From Adineta vaga (taxonomy: Eukaryota; Animalia; Rotifera): 64,000 nucleotides of DNA. The stretch spans positions 4,898,001 to 4,962,000 of the forward strand of contig CP075495.1 in NCBI GenBank assembly GCA_021613535.1, written 5' to 3'. The translations under genes were made by a program, and so were the position numbers. This document shows, one piece after another, positions 24,673-38,280 of the stretch. Below the pieces are notes generated by a model, which searched no databases, was not told the origin of the DNA, and was given only the letters and a program-made list of their open reading frames with translations. Positions within the stretch are counted from its first letter, which is position 1. The number at the start of each line of letters is the position of its first letter.

Positions 24673-27600
24673 GATGATTAGCGATGAGAGTCTGCCACAT
24701 TGCGTCTGAAATAATGCATATACAATACCCTAGAGAGTTTGTATTGTCTCGGGCGTGATTAACTTTTTAGTATGTAGTAGACGTCATTTAAATTGCTCTT
24801 TCTCTTCTTCTTCAACTTCTCTTTCTCGCATCTCTCTCTCTCTCTCTCTGGTTGCTACACAAACACATACACACACGCCCCTGTTCAAATTTCGATTTTG
24901 TCGTTGTCGTTTGATCGCTTTCTTCTCAATCAAAATCTCATTTGTTGTTTGACTGCTACATACTATACGAGACAATGATGTTAACCCTGATATCAAATTT
25001 GTCCGCCTTGGTCAAGTGAGCGTATAGACATACCTCAATTTTTTTATTCACCTGCTGATTTGATTATGTTCATCATAGAGACAAGTTATTTTAATAGGTC
25101 AATATGATATTGAAAATATAAATCATATAAACAAGATATGTCATGCTTTTTTTTAATCGATAAAAATGTTACTCTTTTTCTTTTAGATTCGTTTTTTTTC
25201 TAATGATCAGACAATTAATTGACGTGTATGTATATCTGAATGAATATGTTTACACGAAATTTGATTCTCTGTTACTTTTCCCATATGTCAACAATCGAGG
25301 AGAGAGAGAACAACTGTTCAGTCTGTCTCATCTTTATATTCTCCTAGGAAGGAAGAGTAGCAGACAACAGAATGTATAGAGAGAGAAAAAAGAAGAAGAA
25401 GAAGGAATAGAGATAACTTTTAAGTCACTCTACAAGCACTTGAATGGTTTATTATATAAGATGAACGAGTGCAATAACTCATATAAATAAAAGGATAGTT
25501 AAATGGGATCGAAAAAGTTTGAAAATCAATTAGTCTTATTCTAATATTATTCTAGTTAGCTTAATGATGACAATGAATATGAGGACATCGTCTTAGATCA
25601 ATGGTAAATGGCACAACAATTTCTTCGGAAGGAAAAATGCATCAGATTTAGTTTCATACTATGTATGAACAACAGTACATGTGCGTGTCTTATGTGTATA
25701 TGTTCTTGAATTCCTCACTAGGATTCATGATGCAATATACACACATACATACATACATACATATATAAATAAGTAAAGCAAAAGACACGATCAATCATCA
25801 CTCATACAAATGAGCTTCTTCTACTTCTTTTTAATACATGTTTCTCTTTGCCTATTCTTACAATTCAAATCAAACATTTGAATATTATAACAATTGATCG
25901 ATGTCATTACTGCAGCAGATTTTCTTACACAAAAACAAGGCCTTCATTGATCTCATTTTCAATCTGATGGTGTTGTAGTTATACATCTATACTTGCATAA
26001 TAAGTAACAGCTCGTTCTTCTTTTCTCACTATGTAAATGTAGTTAAAAAATGAAGAGAAAAGAGTCAAATTCAATTCATATCATCAAGAGCAATTATCAT
26101 GCTCAATCGATTCAATTGTTCATTATCGATTGACTTCTCTTGGCGTTTCTTTCTTTTTTTATTCTCTTCTTGCCTGTCTGTCAGTCACGGTGATGCGCAC
26201 AAATACAGATCAGACACAATCATTAAAAAAGAATACGTGGAAAATCGAAAAGTGTCAATAGAATATTTATCACTTTTTCGACAAGAAAAAGAAAAAAGAA
26301 CTTACTTAACAAAAATCTTAAATGAATATATATATATTCACTGTTACTCTTGTAACCTTCACACCAGCATTGTTAAATATGGCTTATGTCATTTCCGGTA
26401 GTGGCCACTCGACGATAGAAAGATAGATACGTGTATATAGAGATGTATATCCTGTGTATGTTGATGGTTCTATAACGTTTTTCCCAGCATCAGTTCGAAG
26501 GACATCTTGATGATAGCGTGCTGTTCTAACTATCTCGCCGGCGGAGAGCTCAAAGAACAAAGAAGAAGGAAGAATAAGACCGTTATGGACTCGTTCAGTT
26601 GAATTATAAGAAATGATGAGCAAGCAAGCTAAGCAAACGGACGCGCTTTTCTCTAGTTCTCGATTATGCATTAGGACAGAGAAGGAGAGAGAGAGAGGGA
26701 GAAAAAGAAAGAAACGAGTCAAAGAGAGGGAGAGAACAATGTCTTTTCTCTACTTCGAAACTCACAATTAAGGTAACCTACACGTTCTCGAAGTCACTCT
26801 TTTCTCTCTCGTTCTTGGTTAACTCGCCTAATTGCAAATGTGATCGTATTCACCTGAATGAACTAAAAGTCTTTTAACGAAAGAAGGAAATCAAGAAACT
26901 TCCGTTAAAAAGTGACGGCTATCTCCGCTATTTAAAGAAAAAAAAATGTCAAAATCAATTTCTACATAGATTCTATAGTTTCTTTTTCTTATATTCTGTT
27001 CTGACCAGAAAGGTGTCAGAATGTTTGTTCTATCAATAAAAGAATAACAAAAAAATTAACTATCGGAAAAAAATGTGACAAGGATAAATTTTTTTAATTT
27101 AAAAATCATTATACATGATCATCATATATAACTTTCTTATAATACTAACTTGATTGATAGAAATGCGATCTAAATTTGAATTAGTTATTCAAACTTTTTT
27201 GTTAAGAGATACGGATCGCCTGACTCGTTCTTCTCAATGATTAATCTTACTCACAATAGGGAGTGTCACTGGTAAGGATGGATGAGTTGCAATGAGGAAT
27301 GCCCGCCCGCCCCTCTGCTTAAAACACAACAGTCAAGTCACGACATGATGCCTATTATCGTTCGCTTACCTTACTATGACGTAACATAAAACATTGATGA
27401 TTTCCTTGTTACTATACGACTGTTATCCACATGTATACATGTATTTATATATATATACGTGTGTATGTGTGTCTTTTCTCCTAAGGGTTGATAAAAGGAA
27501 ACACTAGAGATTGGGCAATATGTATTTATTATTCAGTTGATGGTCACAAAATGAACAAAAGAAGAAGAAGAAGAAAGAAGAATTCTTTTAATAAGATTTT

Positions 27601-30390
27601 GTATGATTGAAGAAGGTAATCAATAATGTACTTTTCTTTTCTTTTTATCTAATTTTTATGAAACGATTTGACATCAATAGAATTACTTTTATTTGTAATC
27701 AAATTATATCAAAGACACTAAAAACAGCTAGATTTCAATAAGATTAATCGATTATTAGGATGTAGATTTTGAAAAAATTCCTTTATCTAAAGTAAAACAT
27801 GATATGACAGCTGTATCAGCAGTCAACATCAATCAAGATGTTATTTGGTATAAGAAGAAATCAAAATGATGTAATAAACCAATTAATCAATATCGATCCT
27901 AGTTGATATTTGTTTCCTTGAAAGAACATTGGTCTTTATTTTTCATATAGATGTTCTTGTTTCTCTTATTGCTTTCATAATAATCTTAATTGAATCAAAT
28001 ATGTATTAATCATAAATATAAATTAAGCAGAAGAAGATATTATTGTTCTAATAGAACAATGAAACGACAAATGTTTTCTTTTTCTCTCATTTTTTTGCTC
28101 TTGTTTATTTCTCATCATTCTACAATGACATTAAGGTATATGGAAAAATTATACAGATTAGCTCACTTGTTATTTGATGATGCAAGACATGAAAATAGTA
28201 TATATGGATATAAGGAATGATCGATCAATCGATCTTATTACAACATAACAATGAATGATATAGTTAGTAGAGGGAATTTGTTAACGAACTAATTGATCTT
28301 TTTCTTTTCTTTTTGTTCTTCTTCCTATGATGTAATCGAATATGTTTAGAAAAAAAAACTGACTGATATGAGGAAGTTAACTTGTCTGATTTGATGAACT
28401 AAACAAATCATGTGAAGATCAAAAGACAGGATGTATGTATATTTCATACAAATGTTTCCATTAAATGTAACCTTGAAAAGAAACATAACTGCAACCGAAG
28501 ATTAATTAAATCTATATATAGTTATTCTTTTTTACAAACTATTTATTACCATAATTAAACGAATAATATGATATTGAGAAAATGTTACAGAATATGGACA
28601 TTCTTTTCTTAGAATATCACTACAGGAAATTTTTAGTCATTGATTGAAGAACACGGTCGGTGTTCAGATTAATGAGATGACCTTTTCACATATTCACTCC
28701 TCCTTTTATTAATATTTTCGACCTACTGAGTATGTCAATTGTTCAATTAACCGTGTACATTTATACATTATCATGAAGATTATTTCTACCAAAGAAGAGC
28801 CGATTACCTACTTGTTAAATGACAGATAATAATAATAATAATAATAAACAACTTGTCACTGAAAGTCATGATTTTTGTGAGATACTTTGAATCAGAAGAA
28901 AATATGACATATACGATAAGATTTTCTTTTTAATTGATACTGATTTGTGTTTGGGTACAAGATTATAGTTATAGAGTTCATGATGACTTCTAAAGTATCC
29001 AAATATCTCAAGAATCTTAACACGCGCTAGTCTTTTTGTGCAAAAATTAATTACGGAGTAAATCCGGAAATGTGTTGGAAAGGTTTTTTAATTTTATTGC
29101 GACTTTCAGATATAAAACCAGTAGAATCATGCTTTTCAATTTAGAATATTTTTCTTTGAAGAAAACATTTGCTATCTTTATCATATTATCAGAAATATTG
29201 AAGGTTTGAAACCTGGTTCTTTTTCTATGACGAAAAATGGTCTTTACTTGTAGAGATTAGCCTTTGTAATGCCCTAGAATGCCATACAAATTGTAGAATG
29301 AAATGAAACCATTTCTGTTTCTTGATATATAATATTGTTCGAACAATTTAAACTATTAAAAAGGAATATGTGTTACGTCACTACACTCCTAATGGATTGA
29401 TACACTCTATGTCGCTCAATTAGAATCAAAGAAAGAACAAAAAAGTTGTTTTCCTGTTTGTTATAAAAGTCGTAGAATAATATTCAGAATAGAAAAAGAA
29501 AGAGAAAGAGGCGTTACTGTCTGTATTTTGCGAAAAATATGAGTTATTAAGAAAATCCTGTTTTGATAATAACAAAAACAATCAAACAAACTTATCTTTC
29601 TCTTCACATTATCATAATGAATGGTGATGAATATGAAATAAGAAATACATTTTTGATTTTCTATTGAAATAAATCCAACAAAAAATATGATAATAATCCG
29701 TTTTACAATCAAACCTTTTCTTTTTATCACTCTTTCTTTCTTTTTATTCTACATGACATTATCTTCCACGTACATTTTCCTCGTTGAGAAGGAAGTGAAC
29801 CAATGAAACGATGTAGAAATCCTGCGTTCTAAAGCTCAAACTACGATGATGACGACGACGATGAGAAAAACAAGACGACCTTGAGCATAATATTTTGATC
29901 GAGATTATTCACGCATCAATACATAAATTGTCATTTTTCAAAAAACTGACTATAGTTCGATTATTTTAACACGAATATAAAAAATTTTAATATAATTTAT
30001 AAATCATTACGTCATTGGTTATTTTCTTATTAAAATAGTTTATGATGAAATATCCACTAGGTATATAACTACAGACATTGTTCGAAATTACCTTTTGACA
30101 AAAAAAAAGGAAAATACCGAGAAAAAGAAAAAACGCCAGTTGTTCCTGTCTATAATAAAATAATGAGTTTTATTAATTCAATGTGAAATCTCGAATTATT
30201 TGCTTGAAATCTCTTTGTGTCGAGGGTGAGGATTTTTCTTCTCTTCATCTTCCGACGTCATCAGTCACGCAAAGAGCATATTGTGCGCGTTAAAGAATAA
30301 GACGATTCAGCATCCATGCTTGCTTTTCTTCTCATTTTTTTTCTTGTTTACTGACTAAGTTAGTTGGTCGCCTTTTTTTTATTCATTATT

Positions 30391-31336
30391 ATGATGAAAG
30401 TGGATGCGTCTCAACCCCTATCTACGACAGATGGAAATAGTAATTTCAGTATTGAACAAGATCCAGTTGAAAGGAAAAATTATCTCAAAGATCTTTGGCA
30501 AAGTTGGAATCTAATCTATTTAACACATAAATATTTTGATGAGAAACGTAAGTATTCGAGATTGATTCGTATATATATATTACGCATTTGATGTAGATTG
30601 GAAACTAGCATTTTGTTCGTCATCATTTGATTTTCTTAATAAATATCCAAGTACTTTTCTATGCTATCGAACAATCTTATTTTTTCTAACAACCATCGAT
30701 TTGATTCATGGTATTACTATTACACATCCTATTCAAGAATGGGCAATTTATTTTACACATCTCACACTTCTTATTACATTTTTTTCTGTATTATTTCAAT
30801 TTTTAACTACATGTCGCGTTAATTTCTTTCGCGGTGATAAAATTGTTCCTCGACCGTATATACAATTGATTCATATGATTTTAATTATAATTTCATTAGG
30901 TACTGGTCTAGTTGTTTCTCTTGTCTTTTGGTCAATTATCTATAATCCATTAATACCAGCTTATTATCCAAAAATAATCTTTGATCATGGAGTTTTATGG
31001 TTATTAGTTTTCATTGATATATTTCTTTTTACTCGTTTACCGATTTATATGATTGATTGTGTTCCATTGATGATTTTTGCTTTTCTTTATGGATTATTTA
31101 CAATTCTTATTTTTATATTCAAATTAAATTTAAGTAAAAATCGAATTGGATATGTTTATCAAGCATTTGATCTTCGTCAATCACCATTACGTGTCATAAT
31201 GCAAATTAGTTTCTTTATATTTCTTTTACCCATTGGAATAATATTTCTTCTATGGAATTTCTTTCGTTTACGTCGTTCAATCGATGTTAAAATAACAAAT
31301 ACAAAACAAGAATCAAATGAAAATATTGTTGTTTAG
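30391..31336 (+). CDS. Rolling stone / FAR-17a-AIG1 family multipass membrane protein
   Basis: ATG 30391, intron 30548-30596, about 6 TM segments. Motifs WAIYFTHLT, LVVSLVFWSII, DHG..LVFIDI and GYVYQAFD; the family's Thr and His positions are present. Confidence 0.75.
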
Positions 31337-31760
31337 ATTAGAAATGTATTTATATCTTGTCTGATTAACAATTCATGATTATTTTTTTTTAAATAAAATG
31401 TATATTCGAGAGTAAATTCATTTCTATATCGATACTATGAATAACACCTCATTAGCAAGCATACAAGTATGTTAGTAATCAAGATATTCATGTCTTTAGT
31501 ATCTGATGGAAATAGTTTATATACTTTTCTACTGACGTTCTGAAAGAAATCTGTTGCGATATCAAAACAGTTTTTTTTTGTTATTGTTGTATAAATTAGC
31601 ATATGAAGTATCAATCGCTGTGGTTGTTTGAAAGAAAACAACAACATGATGGATTCAATGATGTTGATATAATTGAATTTCGACAAAATATATTTTCATA
31701 ACAAAATAACAAAACTGTCAAAAATATTATGTTGAATAGGAAATCGAAGAATATGTTTTG

Positions 31761-32597
31761 TTAAAAATCATCATCATCGAATTTTTTCTTCATTACATTT
31801 GTTAATGCTATCAGATTAAAAAATTCCTTTTCAGATTTGGATGTTGTTGCTGTTCCATCGATAACTTTCAATGATTGAAATTGATTTGAAAGATCATCTT
31901 CAACTATTGAACTTGTTTCGATATCTAATGCAACAAAAAAATGAAGTTTGTTTTTTCTTTTCAATGAATATCTTGTAATACCTTTTCGTTTCTTTCGAGC
32001 TTCTTTCAATTGATTGTATGTTTCATAAATTTTAATAATCTTCTCTAAAGTAGCTTTCTGTTGTCGAACAGTTGCATGAGCATCAGAATATAAATGCGCA
32101 GACATTTGAGTATCCGTTGAGAAGATTTCTGAACAAATTTTACAAGAATAATCTGGCTCACCTCGACGAATTTGTTCTAATGCTGCTAATTTTTGCCAAT
32201 GCATATTATTATCACGTGCGAAATGAACATCGGCATTTTTAGGAGCATATAATGGTAATTGGCAAATATCACAGTATGGTTTATAACCATTCGGATGATC
32301 CCATTCAAGTAAAATACGCATCGTTTCAGGGCTTATAGAAAATAAACCTGATGAAATATCAGTATCTTGAGTGATGTTTGTTGCCGTTGAAGCAAAAGGT
32401 ATGTTAGTGTTGGTGATGGATGAAACAGACACGTTAGCATTGTTAGAACTGGTTTTATCTGATGATGATGATGATGATGTTTCAGATGTTATAAGTCTGG
32501 CTTTTTTAATATGTCTCGCACTACCTAAATGTTGTTGAAAAGGTCCCGAGCCATTACATTGTATATCACAAATTTTACAAAAGAATTCATTTGACAT
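31761..32597 (-). CDS. Three matrin/U1-type (zf-met/JAZ-like) C2H2 zinc finger protein, putative dsRNA-binding
   Basis: FCKICDIQCN..QQHLGSARH, YCDICQLPL..DVHFARDNNMH and SCKICSEIFS..SAHLYSDAH. There is a probable 57-bp in-frame intron at 31925-31981. Confidence 0.8.
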   Translation of the reverse strand: MSNEFFCKICDIQCNGSGPFQQHLGSARHIKKARLITSETSSSSSSDKTSSNNANVSVSSITNTNIPFASTATNITQDTDISSGLFSISPETMRILLEWDHPNGYKPYCDICQLPLYAPKNADVHFARDNNMHWQKLAALEQIRRGEPDYSCKICSEIFSTDTQMSAHLYSDAHATVRQQKATLEKIIKIYETYNQLKEARKKRKGITRYSLKRKNKLHFFVALDIETSSIVEDDLSNQFQSLKVIDGTATTSKSEKEFFNLIALTNVMKKKFDDDDF

Positions 32598-33100
32598 CTG
32601 TAGGAAAAATGAAGTAAAGCAAGATTTATTTCATATTTTTGTGTAAAAATTGTTTATGAATTAAATATTACATGTTGTTTTCATCAAGCAAAAAATTTGA
32701 TTCGTATATATATATTTTATCAAAGACACATTTCTAATCGAAGGACATGGTAAAGATGGAATCTATCATTCTCAACCTGCACATCAGAAGGACAGGAAAT
32801 CTGCGAGGATTTGTTTGTTTCATTCATGTAGCCTTGTCTGTCTATCCATTTATCTGTCTGGATTTCTTTAACCTTCGTATGACTGTAATACATTTATCAA
32901 TAACTACAAATATTAATCCTTATACTAGCCTTCACAACTCAAGGAATTATTATAAAGAAACTTTTCTTCTTCCCATTTCTATTTTATACTTCTCGCTTAT
33001 TCGCCAAGAAAAACTTCAAATAATATATCATTCTTAATGAATAGCAAAAACAGAACACCTCTCATGATCGACATCTATTCAAAAACACAATAATCAGATG

Positions 33101-34129
33101 TCAGTGATGTTCAAGTTGAAAATATTTTATAATTGCAAGACCGAATTCTTCACCAATTTTTCGAACATAATCACTTCGATAAACTTGATTGATATGTTCT
33201 TCATCTAAATATGAAACACCTTTCATTCCCCCAAGAATTGCTCCGATCATTGCTGCATTACTATCTGTATCACCACCGATTTCTGTTGCTCGTATTAATG
33301 TTTCAAAATCAGGTTGACACGTTGGTAGACATGCAATAAGACCGATAACCATTGTTAAACTATCAACACAATAAAAACTTCCACCATTACTAACATTAAT
33401 TATTAAATTTTCATCAATCTCTAATGATGCGTTAACAGTATCTAAATAACGTTTGACTCGCGTACTAATCAGATGTTTTTCTTCATTCAGTTCATATTTT
33501 GCTTCATATTTTAAACATAATTGATAAATATATTCAAGGAAATCTTTTGATTGTACATTTTTCTTTTCAAATAAGTAAATGCACATATGAACATAGATGC
33601 ATGCAGTAGCTAAAGCTACTGAACTTCGATGTGTCATACGACAAATGATTTCAATTTGATTATCATCATTAATTTGACAGAGACTATAATAAAAAGCCAA
33701 GGGTGCTAATTTCATTAGAACACCATTTCCTTCTGCTTGATTTCCGCTATCAAGATAAGTATGAGTACCATTTGCTAATCTTTCAATAGCATTTTTTGTT
33801 CCACCCCAACCACCAACAGATTCTTTCCATTCAATGATATGTTCTTGAACGATATTTGACATAAAATCATCATTTGTTTGAAGATATTTCGTAATTGCTT
33901 TCATCATTGCTAATGATAATTGCGTATCATCAGTCCATCTTCCTATTTGCCAATTTTCCGGTATGTAAGGATTATTGATAACACGAGTATAGAGATTATT
34001 ATCATTTTCTCTTGGAAATTCAATTATTTGTTTTCGTGTTAATGTTTCGTAAGCAATACCTTTTGCATCACCAATAGCCGTACCCAATGCAATTCCGACA
34101 GTTCGCTGAAGAATGTCGTTTGCATTCAT
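33101..34129 (-). CDS. ADP-ribosylglycohydrolase (ARH/DraG family), intronless
   Basis: Motifs GTAIGDAKG, WTDDTQLSLA, GNGVLMKLAP, THRS and GGDTDSNAAMIGAILG; the metal-binding Asp/Thr residues are intact. Confidence 0.93.
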   Translation of the reverse strand: MNANDILQRTVGIALGTAIGDAKGIAYETLTRKQIIEFPRENDNNLYTRVINNPYIPENWQIGRWTDDTQLSLAMMKAITKYLQTNDDFMSNIVQEHIIEWKESVGGWGGTKNAIERLANGTHTYLDSGNQAEGNGVLMKLAPLAFYYSLCQINDDNQIEIICRMTHRSSVALATACIYVHMCIYLFEKKNVQSKDFLEYIYQLCLKYEAKYELNEEKHLISTRVKRYLDTVNASLEIDENLIINVSNGGSFYCVDSLTMVIGLIACLPTCQPDFETLIRATEIGGDTDSNAAMIGAILGGMKGVSYLDEEHINQVYRSDYVRKIGEEFGLAIIKYFQLEHH

Positions 34130-35891
34130 TTTTCTTCAAAAATATTTCACCTTCAAACTAAAATAACTATTGATAAACAACCAAAACTAATATATTATTC
34201 TTCTGGCGATGAATAAATATACGCTTATCAATCTTTACAAGTATTTTTATCGATACCAAAAAACCCAGTACTATTTCAGTTAAATATTCATTTTTATTCT
34301 ATTTATTTTGTGCAATTTTTTGTAATAATATTATATCAGTAGATTCGAATGAAAACAAGCAAAACATTTTCTCAAGGTCTTTTAAAGAACAAAAGCAGAC
34401 TTTTGATCTAATTTTCTAACATGACCTTATATATATTAAAATGATAATTCTTCTTCTTCTTCTTCTTCCTCAGTTTGTTCTCTATCGCTCGTTGCCTTTT
34501 GAATGGCATTGATATGTATATACAAGGTTTTTGATCGTTCTTTAATATATAAGAGTACATGATGTTTTTGCTTTCAGTCTTTTCATTGCTTGTTCTTTCT
34601 TCTCCAAGGTCTAAATAACAACATTGACGATGGGAGTAATAACAACAATAATAATAATAACAATAATAACACTAGAATTCTCTTCTTTCTATCATCAGTT
34701 AAGTACATATTAAAAATAAAAAATGAAAAAACAAAAAAACATCCGAAAGATTCGTTCTTATTGGAAAACACATATGCATATGGGCAAAGTGAATAACAAC
34801 AACGGATGTTTTTGAAGGTTTTGTCGTCAACAAGGAGAAGAATCATAGAAAGATATTTGTGTATACGTAAAAGTAATGCAAAAATACGACTTCACCTTCA
34901 TCAAGACAGATGAGAGAGAGAGAGAGACGACGGAAAACAAGAGTAAAAGAAAAGAGAAGAAGAAGAAGAATAAGAAGAGAAGTTGTTTTTGCTTAGCTAG
35001 CGGCATGCACTCAGTTTTTTTGAATAAGGTTATTTACTTGTTGTGATTACTTGCTATATTAAGATTCAAATCGTTTATTCGATATTTATGCGTGATTTTA
35101 TCTTAATATTGAAAAAATAATACCAATTTTCTGATCTTTGAGCTTGTATATTTATGTAAGTAGAAATAAGATGTAAGTGATCGTCTATAATGTGAATAAG
35201 ACAAGAAATCTCGAGAGCCTTGAGCGTATAAGCTTATCGAATATTGTCATAGATGAAACATAGATATTCGATGGATATATTTTAAGAGGTTATCATATCC
35301 TGTCAAGGTCATTGACTTTCCAATGTGACGAATGTGTAGGTGTGTGTATCCTTCATTTAGTTCTTTCTTCCATTTTTGTTTCTAGCATTCAAGGCCATCA
35401 AAGCCTATTTTTACATAGCTTTCTTCTCGTTTCTCTCTCTCTTCTTGTTCGTCTTCTTCTTCTTCTTCGCTTTTCTCAGTCCCATTCATTCATGGGCATC
35501 GACCGAGCGAGAAAAGAAAGCAAAAGCGCCTTTATTTTGTCCTTCTCGTTTTTCTTCTTTGTCTAGAGGGCTCCCGACATTCTGATGTTACTACTAACAG
35601 TATATATATATATATATATTTATGAAAAAAAAGAAAGAAAATATATGACTGGAAAGGACGATACAAATCAACATCCATTACGTTTCTTTTTTTTTATGAT
35701 TTTTCAGATACATATATATATGTATACATGGATTTCAATGTCATCATCACCTCAACTTAAGCAATATCATCTATTATAAATCTTTGCAAAGTGATATATC
35801 TCGTAATTTTTTTTTCTTCTCATTTGCATTTAAAAACCTAAATTCTCATCTCATAGATATTCATCTGTGGTATATCGAAAAACATCAATTG

Positions 35892-37032
35892 ATGAACTTA
35901 ACAAATAATTCTGGTGAATATAATAATGATAAAAAACCAACAAGCGATGATGACGATAATGATGAGGATATTGATCATCATGATCCACCATCAATACTCA
36001 TAGAAAATTTTTTTACTGATAATGAAAATGAACAAATCGATAGTAGTGAGGAAGATGATGACGATGATGGAAGTGACATTGAAAATCATTATTATTCAAA
36101 AAATCAATTACCAACAGAAAATCGTTTAGGTTCATTATTACGACAATCAAATCGTCTTGTTGAATTAAAACTAAACATATCTCATAATCGTCTAATAAAT
36201 AATCCACATCAGTCATTACGACATGCTCTTTCCGATAGTGATATGTCAAAACGATCACATCATTATCGAAATCATCAACATGAACATGATCAACAACATT
36301 CAATATTATATACATCATTATCATCAAATAATTTTTATCTTTCAACAAATCGATCACATCGTCTCTATTTACCATCATCATGTATATATGATTTACAAAC
36401 TCAAATTACAAATTGGTTACAAGCAAGTACTTATCTGATTGATTCACTTTCAACATCAGTTTATCATCGAAGATGTTGGTCACAACTTTTATTAACATAT
36501 TTTATTGAACGTGGTTATATTAATCTTGAATTTAATCGTTGTACACATTCAGTATCGATGACAAGTATGGATCAAGATTCATGTTCTATACATAAACATG
36601 GATGTGTACCAGAAGAAGATGCATATAAATTATGTTCAATCTTACAAAAAGGTTCACGATTTAATATCAATTCAATTATTTTTGATCATATTCGTCGTAT
36701 TATTGTTATTAAAAGTATGCAAGAAGGTAAATGTGAAATTCTATTTTTCTTTTGAAAACCAAACATTTGATTTTTCAGTTTTCAATGAGAATACCAATTT
36801 ACAACAAACATATTTAAAACAATTAAAAAGTCTGAAACAATCGTTAACTCATCAACAATCATCGGTGACAAATATTAATAATAATAATCCAATCATAAGT
36901 GTTGCATCAATATATTCAAAATTATTATTATTTCTATCCAGTCTTTATTCAATTAAAGCCGAAACGATGCAAATACTTTTCTGTCAACATCTTCTACACA
37001 ATCCGTCTTATTCCTATCTTGTTACTTCATGA
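35892..37032 (+). CDS. Orphan protein with an acidic disordered N-terminus and a possible small globular C-terminal region
   Basis: ATG 35892 (MNLTNNSG). Intron 36727-36778 joins ..KSMQE to VFNENTNLQQ.. in frame. No family recognised. Confidence 0.65.
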
Positions 37033-38280
37033 TTGAGTTTTCTTCTTCTTCTTCTTCTTTTTTTCCGTACATGTGTGCGTATGTCTCTATTGTGTATCCC
37101 GGTTGATGACTTATACCAAGGTATATGTCATTGTCTCGCTCAGATTATTTAAAAAAGAAACATGTTTGTATGTGTGTGTGTGTGTGCGTATATATGTGCA
37201 GCAAAACGGTGAATGAATTTAAGAAAAACAAAGAATTCTTTGTTATTTTTCTGAAGGACGTTTTCTTTTCTTTTCTTCGTCTTTTTTAAATTAATTTAGA
37301 TGAATATGTGTTTGAATTTCAATGTTACTTTTAGCTTGATGAAGTGGAATGATTGTTCCATGAGTTTTATATAAGATTGTTTGTGTTTTTGTTGAATATG
37401 ATATATCATCTGACTTAAGATTGTAATGAGTTTGTCGGCTTTTTCCTAAGAAAATTCTGTTCAAATTTTGAACTAGATCAGAGTTTAGTGAACATGAAGA
37501 TGATTAACAGTAAGAGGAATAGACTGAAATTATACGTAAAAAAAGAAGGAAAAATAAAATCATTAAATGAAACCATACGTAGTAGAGAGAGCGCGAGAGA
37601 GAACGGATTAAGTGTGTGAAATTTCACCTTCATTAGAGTCAAAAATACATACCTTTGCAAATGATACATAGAGCTAGAATATATAACAAAACGTTGTTAA
37701 AAGTACTTCATTCCTCATACAAATTTCTTGAAATTGTACAAATAGTATATTAGAAAGTGACAGTTGTTTAGTTACAGAAACGATTAAAATGACTATATAA
37801 ATATGTAAATTTATAGTGTAACAAATGTATTTATTATTTACCGTCATCTAGAGACCCCTGTAATACACAGATATATATACTGATAGTTACTCGTACTAAG
37901 AGTCATGCGTACAAATCATTCTTTACATTTATGATTTATCTTTATGATTATTGGAATGCAATTCAACATTTTCGATTAAAATTTATTATTCATTTATTCT
38001 TTTAGCTTTTTGACATTTTTTATTGAACTAGTCAATATTTGATTTAAATAACAATAATCCATCTAGAATGTATTCATTTTTTCGGTTGAATGAATCGGCA
38101 CACCCTTAAGTCTATAATCAACGGGAAAATTTTTTTTTTCTCTCTCTCTCTCTTTTATATTTATCACTGTATTTATTAGATAATGAAAAGTAATTAAAAC
38201 GTGAAAAAATATCATAAATCATCATTCATAATCGAAACATTTATGCAAATATTTGTCAGTTTTAGATATCAATCGTAATC

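Noticed and set aside
26099-26722. 100-aa and 112-aa ORFs
   Set aside because: Microsatellite-derived composition; better explained as UTR or promoter of the Ig gene.
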